Assembly: GCA_965659745.1 (NCBI GenBank)
Contig: CBFHXF010000002.1
Span: 2,676 to 66,675 of the forward strand
Length of the DNA stretch: 64,000 nt
DNA from: Bacteroidia bacterium
GTDB lineage: Bacteria; Bacteroidota; Bacteroidia; NS11-12g; UBA955
Direction: 5' to 3'
The translations under genes and the position numbers were made by a program. Below the pieces are notes generated by a model. The model saw only the letters and a list, made by a program, of their open reading frames with translations, ran no database searches and was not told the origin of the DNA. Of the stretch, positions 18,426 through 29,323 are shown piece after piece (position 1 is the stretch's first letter; each line of letters begins with the position of its first letter).

Positions 18426-19682
18426 GGGTTTTTGATAGGTTTTTGTTGGATGTAAAATACCCCGCTCTTCGTCGTGGGTATAAATCAAATATTTCTTTCG
18501 CTTTGTTTTGAACGCGATAAGATCTTCTTCCCACGATTTTCTTATCTCTGTTTCTGACTTACCTGCAATAATTTGTTCTCGTAATTTTGGGGTTCCGGCA
18601 AGCTTATCAAAGAAGGAATTAAAAAATTCGGGTTTAGAACCATATGATTTGTACATCTCAATCATCCACAACAAGTAAATTTTGCGATAATCCTTCAGGT
18701 AATCCAAAGCAAAATTGTCTAGATGTAAGCCCTTACAAAGTTCGCCTTTATAAGGAGGGTTAATAGCCTTTCCTGGAATATTCTGCGGGGTGAATTCAAA
18801 TTCACCCTCTTTGAACCATGGGGCTCCTAAAACTTCAAAGGGCCAAGGTGTGCCCCTGCCCATGCTCATAATAGTTCCTTCAAACAATCCCAAACTAGGG
18901 TAAAGAACTATTGAGGCATGGGTCGGTAAATTGGGAGACGGAGCTACGGGTAAGATATATTCCGTATTATGGTCGTAGTGCTTTACAGGAACCACAAACA
19001 AGGATAATTTGTGCGACTTCGATATCCACTTTTCCCCTTGAATCATCATAGCTAACTCACCTAAAGTCATTCCATGTACTAATGGGATTGGGTGCAATCC
19101 CACCATAGATTGTGTAAATTTAGGGTCCAATACGGGGCCGTCTACATAGTGTCCATTCGGATTTGGGCGGTCTAATACCCATAATGCAATATCGTTTTCA
19201 GCACACGCCTCCATTATATAATGTAAGGTCGTTAAATAGGTATAATACCTTACGCCCACATCCTGCATGTCGAAAATGATGGCATCTATGTTTTTTAATT
19301 CCTTTGCATTCGGCTTTTTCTGTTTACCATACAAACTCACAATGGGCAACCCACTTTTTGGATCGATATCATCACGAACATGTTCGCCATTAGCCGCATT
19401 ACCTCGAAAACCGTGTTCGGGAGCGAAAATCTTTTTAATAATCAAACCTTGGGAAAGTAGGGTATCTAAAAGGTGCACATTTTCTACCATGGATGTATGA
19501 TTGGCAACGAGGGCCACTTGTTTGCCTTTAAGGGCAGGCACATACTCTGCAAATCGCGCTGCTCCAGGAATCACGGTTGCACTTAAAGGATAAATTCCCC
19601 CGATAAAAATAAAAAAGGAAATGAGGCAAAACCGAATCGCAATGGTATTTTTGAAGCGATACTTGAGTTGGTCGTATTTCAT
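18423..19682 (-). CDS. DUF1343-family protein (NamZ-like exo-beta-N-acetylmuramidase)
   Basis: N-terminal signal/anchor, then GAARFAEYVPALKGKQVALVANHTSMV and IFAPEHGFRG, typical of DUF1343. I trimmed the start to the ATG at 19682. Confidence 0.75.
   Translation of the reverse strand: MKYDQLKYRFKNTIAIRFCLISFFIFIGGIYPLSATVIPGAARFAEYVPALKGKQVALVANHTSMVENVHLLDTLLSQGLIIKKIFAPEHGFRGNAANGEHVRDDIDPKSGLPIVSLYGKQKKPNAKELKNIDAIIFDMQDVGVRYYTYLTTLHYIMEACAENDIALWVLDRPNPNGHYVDGPVLDPKFTQSMVGLHPIPLVHGMTLGELAMMIQGEKWISKSHKLSLFVVPVKHYDHNTEYILPVAPSPNLPTHASIVLYPSLGLFEGTIMSMGRGTPWPFEVLGAPWFKEGEFEFTPQNIPGKAINPPYKGELCKGLHLDNFALDYLKDYRKIYLLWMIEMYKSYGSKPEFFNSFFDKLAGTPKLREQIIAGKSETEIRKSWEEDLIAFKTKRKKYLIYTHDEERGILHPTKTYQKP
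19646..19653 (+). promoter_or_regulatory. -7 promoter box (TATTTTTG) for the lolC/E-like gene
   Basis: It lies inside the ORF-track N-terminal extension, 9 nt upstream of an in-frame TTG at 19663. Confidence 0.4.
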
Positions 19683-20889
19683 AGCACGTAAATTTATTAC
19701 AAAGGAAGGCAAAACATCTTCTCGGCGTATTTTTTATTTGGCGATTTTTTCAGTGGCGCTCAGCGTGGCTATCATGTTGCTCTCTATTGCCACACTATCT
19801 GGATTTAAAAAAGAAATTAAACAAAAAATATCCGATGTTCAAGGCGATTTTATAATCGATTCGGGTCGAAATATTGAATCGGGAGAGCCATTCCCGCTAT
19901 CCAATACCGACGTAGCCACTATGTTACAAATCCGTGATATAACGGGTGTGAGACGGGTAATACCGTCTGCTTCAAAAGCGTGTATCATAAAATCGGAAGA
20001 GGATATCGAGGGCTTAATGGCAAAAGGAATTGATTCTACGTCATTGTCTTATTTCAATAAAGCGTATCACGTTATTAATCAAACTTCAGGATTAAAGGAT
20101 CAATGGTGCTGGATTTCTGAGAATACCGCCAAACGACTAAATATAGATACAGGAACTGCCATAACAGTGGTGTTTTTCGTTGCCGATGAATTTGGGAATA
20201 GCCGCCCAAGAGCGCGTCGATTAACCGTAACTGCTATTTATCAAACCGGTATTCAAAAAATAGATGCACAAATGATTTTGGTAGACCAGAACCTGTTGCG
20301 CGCATTTTTTCCTGATGGAAAGTCTTTTACCCAATTAGAAATTTGGTCTGATAATACCATCGATAATAATAACATTCGAAAAGAAATTCTGGCGTCCTTA
20401 CCCAATGCCTATATCCGACTAAATACACTGCAAGAGTACAACCGTCTAATTTTTGATTGGTTGGCCATACTAAACACCAATGTCCTTATCATTTTGGTTC
20501 TGATGGCTCTCGTGGCGATTACGGGCATGAGTACGACCTTACTCATTCTCATCATTGAACGCACCTCTAATATTGGGCTATTAATGGCAATGGGGGCAAA
20601 AACCAAAGATATTTCGAAAATGTTCGTGATACAGGCACTGATGATTGCCGTGATAGGGATTATATTAGGAAATATGCTAACGTTAGGTGTAGTATTCGGT
20701 CAAAACAATTACCATTGGATAAGCTTAAATCAAGATATTTATTTTATCCCATACGTAAAGCTGTCTTTAACCCTTTTTGATTGGTTATGGGTTGATTTAG
20801 CGGCCATAGCGGTTATCGGAATCGCATTATGGTTGCCTGCCCAGTACATCCGTAAAATTGATCTCATTAAAGCCATTACGTTTAAATAA
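19663..20889 (+). CDS. FtsX-family ABC permease, LolC/LolE-like
   Basis: The N-terminus SWSYFIARKFITKEG matches the usual LolC/E start. It has 4 TM helices with a large periplasmic loop and a C-terminal FtsX-type helix bundle. The start is uncertain: TTG at 19663, or the ORF-track start at 19621. Confidence 0.75.
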   Translation: MSWSYFIARKFITKEGKTSSRRIFYLAIFSVALSVAIMLLSIATLSGFKKEIKQKISDVQGDFIIDSGRNIESGEPFPLSNTDVATMLQIRDITGVRRVIPSASKACIIKSEEDIEGLMAKGIDSTSLSYFNKAYHVINQTSGLKDQWCWISENTAKRLNIDTGTAITVVFFVADEFGNSRPRARRLTVTAIYQTGIQKIDAQMILVDQNLLRAFFPDGKSFTQLEIWSDNTIDNNNIRKEILASLPNAYIRLNTLQEYNRLIFDWLAILNTNVLIILVLMALVAITGMSTTLLILIIERTSNIGLLMAMGAKTKDISKMFVIQALMIAVIGIILGNMLTLGVVFGQNNYHWISLNQDIYFIPYVKLSLTLFDWLWVDLAAIAVIGIALWLPAQYIRKIDLIKAITFK

Positions 20890-21011
20890 TGGTTGTGGGA
20901 CGGGGGCGGCCAACTTAACAAGATTCGTATATCCCAGCGCACCAGAATGGATGCATTTCTAAAACGTTCAATCTCAAGATAATTCATATAGTAATCCAAA
21001 AACAAGCCAAT

Positions 21012-21050
21012 AAAAAAGGGCCGTCTTCAATTGAAAACGGCCCTTTGTGA
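21012..21050. terminator. hairpin terminator shared by convergent lolC/E-like gene and gyrB
   Basis: The stem pairs aaagggccgt with acggcccttt. The T-run is good when read on the minus strand (gyrB) and weaker on the plus strand. Confidence 0.7.
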
Positions 21051-21064
21051 TTTCTGCAAATATC

Positions 21065-23029
<1,965 letters not shown>

Positions 23030-23115
23030 CTAAATCGTTAACTGTGTAAAATTAACGTAAAGCCATCGCAAACCCATCATTCTAAAGGGGTACTTTTCCA
23101 CAAAAAACCGACGAT

Positions 23116-24642
23116 TTATAGACCGTCTGTACCGAAAATACTTTCAGAAATTTTACCCGTAGCGCGCAAGTAATCAACAAGAGTATGAATGTATTTGGCT
23201 TTTTGCTCAATTGTTTTAATTCTGGCGTTTAAATAACGGTTTTCTCGGGTATTTAACAGAAAGATCGTCCCATCACCGGAATCGAATTTTTCACGCTCCA
23301 TTTCAAAAAGCTTAAGATATCCGTTCTCTACATTTTTCAAGTGGTTGTAAACATCGCGGTATACCATTCCTTGTTGGAATAAAGCCCTGATTTTCAAATC
23401 TGCTTCGGTAACCTTAAACTGAAACATTTGCGATTTTTGCAAATAGGTGAATTTAGAAACTTGATATGCCCCGCGTTCTTTCCTCAAAAACAATGGAGCG
23501 GAAACGTTGAATCCGAACCTACGGTCTGAACCAATATCGTAATCTCCATACGTGCCTTTAAACAATTGCTGGTACTTTAAGTCGAACTTGGGTAGCATAT
23601 TCCATTTTTGAAGCCTGAGGTCTAACTGCTTCTGCTGAAGATCCCAATCCAAATTTTTAATATCAGGTAACCCTGCAATCAGAATCGTTGAACGGCCCAC
23701 TTCTCCAAATAAAGTATCTAAAAAATCCAGGCCAACGCGAGTAGGACTTACATTATTTGCGATAATTACAGATTTCCATGACTCATTTTCTTGCGAAAAT
23801 TCCCACAAATGTCGGCTTAATTGTAACTTCTGTTTAAACGTATTGGCATTCCATTCTTTGGCGCGGGTTCGAAATAACTCTAGTTGGATATAGTTCTCTA
23901 AGGTATCCATACCATTACACCCACCTGCTTCAAATAATTGACGTAACGCTATCTGTCGATCTAATGATAATTCCGTGCCTAATTGGTATGCTTTTTCTTG
24001 CTCATGGGCAATATACCAATCTACATAGTCATTCCATATGGTTTGACTTAAGTCTTGAAGTTGTATTTTTTGAATTTCAAAAGATTGATTTCGAAAAATT
24101 TTTGCTTTTGCCAATGTGGTTCGTCGTTCATCGGTTATCAAACCCTTCAATAAAGGCAAGGTAATACCCGCATAACTTAAACCCTCTTGAGGGGTAAACA
24201 TTTCCGGATTTACAAAAGTTCCTCTTCCAGATTCAACTCCCGTTTCTAATTGAATCGGACTCGCAGTGGGTAATTGTAATTCAAAAGATTCACGACGGTA
24301 GTAGGGGAGTTGACCGGCCTCTTTTTCACTTCGTTCCACTACGAATCGCGGATCAAACTGCCCTCTTTTCTCTCTCAAAGCGGCTTTCCCTAATTCCGAT
24401 TCAAAACGACTGGCATTTACCAGCGGATGTCCGTTCTGAACATATTTGATGAGCTCTAAAATGCTCAATTCTAACTCTGATGAGTCTTTAATTTTTATTT
24501 CTTGGGAAATTGGAGAAACGCCGCCGTTATTAGCCACAATTTTGGATTGACCACTGCCAGGGTTAGGTACCAACATAGCCCATAACGCCCATAACAATGG
24601 GACCGAAAATTGCTTAGCCTTAACGTTTAAGAGGTTTCTCAT
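23116..24642 (-). CDS. TolC-family outer-membrane efflux protein
   Basis: 508 aa with a signal peptide and two long, repeated coiled-coil-rich halves. It overlaps the HlyD-family gene by 4 nt. Confidence 0.75.
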   Translation of the reverse strand: MRNLLNVKAKQFSVPLLWALWAMLVPNPGSGQSKIVANNGGVSPISQEIKIKDSSELELSILELIKYVQNGHPLVNASRFESELGKAALREKRGQFDPRFVVERSEKEAGQLPYYRRESFELQLPTASPIQLETGVESGRGTFVNPEMFTPQEGLSYAGITLPLLKGLITDERRTTLAKAKIFRNQSFEIQKIQLQDLSQTIWNDYVDWYIAHEQEKAYQLGTELSLDRQIALRQLFEAGGCNGMDTLENYIQLELFRTRAKEWNANTFKQKLQLSRHLWEFSQENESWKSVIIANNVSPTRVGLDFLDTLFGEVGRSTILIAGLPDIKNLDWDLQQKQLDLRLQKWNMLPKFDLKYQQLFKGTYGDYDIGSDRRFGFNVSAPLFLRKERGAYQVSKFTYLQKSQMFQFKVTEADLKIRALFQQGMVYRDVYNHLKNVENGYLKLFEMEREKFDSGDGTIFLLNTRENRYLNARIKTIEQKAKYIHTLVDYLRATGKISESIFGTDGL

Positions 24643-25982
24643 TTGTCTTTCTTTTCCGTTTCTTTTTTGGGGGAATCTGTTTTGTTTGTAGTACCCACCT
24701 TTATCCGATTATTGTGATAAAAATCAGGTGGAAACCCACTCAATTGTCGCCAGATCTCATACCATACCGGAACCGTTTTTAGTAACATATAGGCACGCGC
24801 TCCCACACCAATCTTGAGTTGTTGGGGCCATGCTTTTTTGTCGGCCGACATCTTCACCAAGACCCGGTAATTTCCATTAGGTTGCAACGCATTATCTACG
24901 GCGTAAATTTCCCCCGGAAAAGTACCATAAGAAAGTTGCGGCCATCCGGAGAATACCATAGTGGGCCACCCATCAAACACGAACTGCGCTGGGGCGCCGA
25001 TTTCGATTAACGGCATGTCTACGGGCTTTACAAAAAGTTCTACGGCCAAGTTTATTTCCGACGGAACAATGGTGCAGAGTGCTTGTCCTTCGCTTACCGC
25101 AATGCCCACTCCATTGGAAAGGGTTTGGGAAACAAGTCCATTCTGTGGGGCTTTTACCACATAAAATCCGTTTCGAATTTGATAATTCGAATATTGATTA
25201 CGCAATTTAGAAACTTCCGTTTCGGTATCCATTTGGGCCGAAATGGCACTATATCGCTCGCTTTCGGCTTTGGCTAATTTTTCGCCATATTCGGCATCGA
25301 TATTTTGAAGCTCTATTCTTGCATTTTCAATAGCATTGGTGGCCATATTCAATTTGGCCTCTTGTATCATTTTTTTAGCAAGGGCTTCCTGGTATTTTAC
25401 CCTTCTGTTTTCAACGTCGAGAGGACTTTTAATTTCTTTGATACTCAGAAGACTATCTCGCACTAACTGTTGTTGGGCAATTTTCAAATTGATGTTGGCT
25501 GCTTGAGTTTCTGCGAACTCCGAATTGTATTTTAATTTTTCTTGTTGAAGCTTTACCTTGGCTTTTTGTATGGCAAAATCGCGATTGGCTTCAAGTTGCG
25601 TTATTTGTTGATTTATAGCATTAACTTTTGCTGAATAGCTCAAGATTGAATTTTCTTTGGCTTTTATCTGGGTAGAAGTTTGTCCGATAAGGTCAGGATC
25701 CAAATATTCGCTTTTTATTTCTGTTAAAACTGCGATAGTATCTCCTTCTTCAACCCAATCGCCATCCTTAACATACCATTTCAATATTTGTCCAGATATG
25801 ACCGTTTGAATAGATTGCGGACGTTCACTAGGCCGAAGAGTCGTTACCACTCCAGTCGTTTGAATGTTTTGCGTCCAAGGTAAAAATAAGAAAATGATGG
25901 TTATGACAGAACTGACCAATATCAACTGTCGCATGTTCTTGGCTACCCAAGGACTGTCTTTAAAATGTTCTTTATTGATCAT
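24639..25982 (-). CDS. HlyD-family membrane fusion protein (T1SS type)
   Basis: 447 aa with a single N-terminal TM (LILVSSVITIIFLFL), a lipoyl-like segment GDWVEEGDTIAVL, a long coiled coil and a C-terminal beta-barrel domain. Confidence 0.85.
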   Translation of the reverse strand: MINKEHFKDSPWVAKNMRQLILVSSVITIIFLFLPWTQNIQTTGVVTTLRPSERPQSIQTVISGQILKWYVKDGDWVEEGDTIAVLTEIKSEYLDPDLIGQTSTQIKAKENSILSYSAKVNAINQQITQLEANRDFAIQKAKVKLQQEKLKYNSEFAETQAANINLKIAQQQLVRDSLLSIKEIKSPLDVENRRVKYQEALAKKMIQEAKLNMATNAIENARIELQNIDAEYGEKLAKAESERYSAISAQMDTETEVSKLRNQYSNYQIRNGFYVVKAPQNGLVSQTLSNGVGIAVSEGQALCTIVPSEINLAVELFVKPVDMPLIEIGAPAQFVFDGWPTMVFSGWPQLSYGTFPGEIYAVDNALQPNGNYRVLVKMSADKKAWPQQLKIGVGARAYMLLKTVPVWYEIWRQLSGFPPDFYHNNRIKVGTTNKTDSPKKETEKKDK

Positions 25983-26937
25983 CGGTTTCCGCTTGAATTA
26001 CATTTAGTTTTTCCATAGAAATTCCACAATCGTATAGGTTTTCTACCGTTAAAATGAGTTTTTCAACGGCGTCTAACAAGGTAATAATAAGGATTTCAGC
26101 CGCCAAAAACTGACCTAGGCTTATGCTCTGCTCTACCAAAAGGTAGCTTCCAATTATCAATAAGAAAGCCGTAAAAATAACCTTTGTAATCACCCCTAGC
26201 CAAGCCTGACGGTATACGACTCCGAAGTGTTTAGTTCTGCCCTCCGAGTATTCATTCAAACGAAAATCTAACATAGGAAGTTCGTCTTCATTTTTATTTA
26301 ACCAAAGATTTCGAAGAGATAGGGCCGTTTTAAATTTGAAATTAGACTCATAGCGCGCCGTATCGAATCCACGCTTCCAAGTAAGTCTCAAAATCCAATA
26401 CAGTACAAAAACCATGACAATACCAAAAGCAATAAACAACGGATGGTAAATCGCCAATAAAAGTAATCCAAATATGGCCTGAAGCAGTTTTCCTGTAAAA
26501 TCTACGAGTAACTTTGACAGACTTTTTTGTAAGGTTACGATATCAAGGAAGTAGGTAGTGCGTGTCTCCCATAGCTCTGTCATTTTTTCGCCTTTTTCTT
26601 TCAATTCCAATATTCTATCTTTAAACCGAAGGCTAAAATGTAGGAAAAGTTTGCGTTGTATGGATTCTGTTATACTTATTTGAGCCAATCGGGTAACCCC
26701 AGAAAGCAGGACGGCTAGGGTTATCAAAACCGATAGAAAGAACCAACTCGTATTAAGTCTGCCTGCCATTACATAACCAATGATAGTTTGTATGCCTAGT
26801 GGCAGAGCAAGGCTTATTATACCGGAAAATATGGCATAGATATATAAGTATTTTATGTTTCGACTCTCGATTTTTATCACTTCGAAGATCAGCGATAGGG
26901 GAGTCTTGTTAGGTATTTGATTTTGTCTAAATGGCAT
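25972..26937 (-). CDS. ABC exporter transmembrane domain only (HlyB/ComA-type, no nucleotide-binding domain)
   Basis: 321 aa with about 6 TM helices. The first helix region YIYAIFSGIISLALPLGIQTIIGYV resembles type-I exporter TMDs. The ORF ends ...ISMEKLNVIQAETDDQ, where the NBD would normally begin. No Walker A/B or LSGGQ motif is present. Confidence 0.65.
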   Translation of the reverse strand: MPFRQNQIPNKTPLSLIFEVIKIESRNIKYLYIYAIFSGIISLALPLGIQTIIGYVMAGRLNTSWFFLSVLITLAVLLSGVTRLAQISITESIQRKLFLHFSLRFKDRILELKEKGEKMTELWETRTTYFLDIVTLQKSLSKLLVDFTGKLLQAIFGLLLLAIYHPLFIAFGIVMVFVLYWILRLTWKRGFDTARYESNFKFKTALSLRNLWLNKNEDELPMLDFRLNEYSEGRTKHFGVVYRQAWLGVITKVIFTAFLLIIGSYLLVEQSISLGQFLAAEILIITLLDAVEKLILTVENLYDCGISMEKLNVIQAETDDQ

Positions 26938-26959
26938 CCTCTCGGAAATTTGATTTCCG

Positions 26960-26967
26960 CAAAAATA
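26960..26967 (-). promoter_or_regulatory. -7 promoter box (TATTTTTG) plus a small hairpin upstream of the ABC-TMD gene
   Basis: The box sits in the 42-nt gap after the sugar-transferase gene. A 7-bp palindrome cggaaat-ttg-atttccg (26943-26959) follows it. Confidence 0.4.
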
Positions 26968-26979
26968 AGAGTTAATGCA

Positions 26980-28389
26980 TTACTTTCCTCTACCCTGAAT
27001 CATGGTCAATACGGTATTGAACATGATTTTGATATCGAGGGCAAGCGACATATTTTCCAAATAAAATACGTCGTACTTCATACGCTCAATCATTTCTTCT
27101 ACACTTTCAGCGTATCCATATTTTATCTGCCCCCAGCTAGTGATGCCTGGTTTAACTCGATGTAATCGTTTGTAAAGCGGTGCTCTATCAACAATTTGGG
27201 CAATAAAAAATTGGCGTTCGGGTCGTGGTCCAACCAAACTCATTTGGCCAAGTAACACATTGAAAAATTGAGGCAATTCATCCAATCTTGATTTTCTAAG
27301 TATAATGCCCACACGCGTTCTGCGGTCATCTTTTTCACTACTCAACTTAGGTCCGGAAGCCTCTGCATCGACGAACATACTTCTAAATTTGATGATTTTA
27401 AAGGGTAAGCCCTTGTACCCGATTCGTTCCTGTGTAAAAAATATGGGTCCTTGAGAATCCAAACGAATGAATAGTGCGATTATCGCAAATATCGGCAAAC
27501 AACAAAATAGAGCAAACATTGATAATACAATATCCATACCGCGTTTTACGAATTTTTGCCAGTAGGGCATCACTTCGAAATCAACTTCTGCGAGTTTTGC
27601 CCCCAAAATATTATTCATTTTAACCATGCCCATTACCATGCTATACTCACTTGGTAACATTTTTACATGGATGTCTTCATTTTGGATAGTATCCATAATT
27701 TGGGGAACAAATGACGATTCCTGTTCTTCGTTTGCTATAATAATGTCTTCAATACTGTATTCATTGATTAAATGATGCAGCTCATTCCATTTTCCAAGTA
27801 TTCTGTGCTCAGAGAGCGCTGCTTGTGGGGTAATTTCCACTAATCCTACAATATCAAAGCCTTCAAATACTTTTGGGTCTTTTAGTTCATTTAACAGTTG
27901 TGAGGCGGTTTCCCCGGTGCCAATTACAAGCGTTTTATAACCCCATTCTCTTTTTCTAAACTTCTGAATTGTGTATGTGGCATTGAGCATTCGAAGAATT
28001 AAAGTTGCGCTAAAATGGAAGCTGAAAAGTACGCCTAAAGAGGTGTAATAATCTTGGTAATTGGATACACTGTCGTCTAATATGAATAGAAAAAACAAGA
28101 TCAATACCCCTATTATGGAAGTAAATAAGGTATTTTCAAGTTCTTTTAATCGCGACCTTCTAAGGATATACTGATAATGTCCGGTTAAGGAGTAGATAAA
28201 AATCCAAAATAAGGGTATAAAGACCAATCCTAAATAGAGTTTAATATCTTGATTTATAGGTATTTGATATCCATGTTTGACAGCTTCAATCACATTTTTT
28301 CGATATACAAAGAGGGCAAACCAACTGATAAAAGCAGCGGTAAAATCGCCTAAGATGTGAAAGAATAAGCGCAGAGAAGCTTTAGACAT
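26980..28389 (-). CDS. polyprenyl-phosphate glycosylphosphotransferase (WbaP-like bacterial sugar transferase)
   Basis: 469 aa with N-terminal TM helices and a Rossmann-like middle. The C-terminal Bac_transf signature includes LDELPQFFNVLLGQMSLVGPRP and PGITSWGQI. Confidence 0.85.
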   Translation of the reverse strand: MSKASLRLFFHILGDFTAAFISWFALFVYRKNVIEAVKHGYQIPINQDIKLYLGLVFIPLFWIFIYSLTGHYQYILRRSRLKELENTLFTSIIGVLILFFLFILDDSVSNYQDYYTSLGVLFSFHFSATLILRMLNATYTIQKFRKREWGYKTLVIGTGETASQLLNELKDPKVFEGFDIVGLVEITPQAALSEHRILGKWNELHHLINEYSIEDIIIANEEQESSFVPQIMDTIQNEDIHVKMLPSEYSMVMGMVKMNNILGAKLAEVDFEVMPYWQKFVKRGMDIVLSMFALFCCLPIFAIIALFIRLDSQGPIFFTQERIGYKGLPFKIIKFRSMFVDAEASGPKLSSEKDDRRTRVGIILRKSRLDELPQFFNVLLGQMSLVGPRPERQFFIAQIVDRAPLYKRLHRVKPGITSWGQIKYGYAESVEEMIERMKYDVFYLENMSLALDIKIMFNTVLTMIQGRGK

Positions 28390-29285
28390 TACTTTAAATA
28401 ACTTAAACGTATGTTATCAATTAAAAATTCTGTAGAACCCTCAAAATCTTGAGGTTTGTCTAAGCTAAAAAATATTTCGTATTGGGTATTGTCCGGTTGC
28501 CCTTGAATTTCATAGATCAGGTTAATATAAAATCGTTTCCATTCATTATTTGTGGCATTTACGGTAACGTACGGAATATATTCAATTTGGGTAGTACTAA
28601 ATCTTCTTACAGCCACTAGCACCGGCAAAGCTGTATTTATATCGAATTCCAAAATCGCATCTCTGCCGTCTGCCGGTAAGCTTGTTATTCTACTGAAATA
28701 AGCAAAATCCATACTTCGAAATGTATCTACATCGGCAAAGCGACTCACGTGTACGAGTGAAGGGGAGGTGAAAACATTGTTGAGATTAAAGGGTCGCAAT
28801 TCGATTTTAGTGTAATCTAATGAATCTTTCCTAACAGGCACAAATGTAGCACTGCTATCTTCAAAGTCTTCTTGCCAAACGATTTCGACGTTATTTCTGT
28901 ACGTGAATTTAGGTTGCCAACGAGTTGTTTTTTCTCTTTCTACGGTAAGCGTATCTTTGAGGATGTTTAAGCTCCTAAAGGGTACTAGAGTCTGCGAATT
29001 TCCGTTTATTTTCACAAAGGCAGTAGCTTGGATTTCTACCTTACCAGATGCGTCTATTGGGAATTTACATGGTATAGGGAAGGTTCCAACCGTTTGATTG
29101 TTCACATAAACCTGTATCGCTTTTATGTCGTGAATATTATTGCCATTAATCGAAGATGCGTCGATATCAATTTTTGAGATTTCAATATAAGAGGGAATAA
29201 AGGATTTCTCCACTTTACAAGCATTGAAAGCTGTAATAGATAGTAATCCGATCCAATAAGCCAATAAAGGGACGCGCTTCGGCAT
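28389..29285 (-). CDS. lipoprotein, function unknown
   Basis: 298 aa with signal plus Cys (LLSITAFNAC) and beta-rich composition. Its stop overlaps the sugar-transferase start by 1 nt. Confidence 0.5.
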   Translation of the reverse strand: MPKRVPLLAYWIGLLSITAFNACKVEKSFIPSYIEISKIDIDASSINGNNIHDIKAIQVYVNNQTVGTFPIPCKFPIDASGKVEIQATAFVKINGNSQTLVPFRSLNILKDTLTVEREKTTRWQPKFTYRNNVEIVWQEDFEDSSATFVPVRKDSLDYTKIELRPFNLNNVFTSPSLVHVSRFADVDTFRSMDFAYFSRITSLPADGRDAILEFDINTALPVLVAVRRFSTTQIEYIPYVTVNATNNEWKRFYINLIYEIQGQPDNTQYEIFFSLDKPQDFEGSTEFLIDNIRLSYLK

Positions 29286-29289
29286 TCCG

Positions 29290-29297
29290 CAAAAGTA
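29290..29297 (-). promoter_or_regulatory. -7 promoter box (TACTTTTG) 4 nt upstream of the ATG at 29285
   Basis: The sequence reads TACTTTTG-cgga-ATG. Confidence 0.4.
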
Positions 29298-29323
29298 CGT
29301 ATTCTAGTTTAATTTGGTGGTAA

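Noticed and set aside
20739-21005. 88-aa minus-strand ORF in the lolC/E - gyrB intergenic area
   Set aside because: It overlaps the 3' end of the lolC/E-like gene in antisense and lies downstream of the gyrB terminator with respect to transcription. It has no promoter box or recognisable motif.
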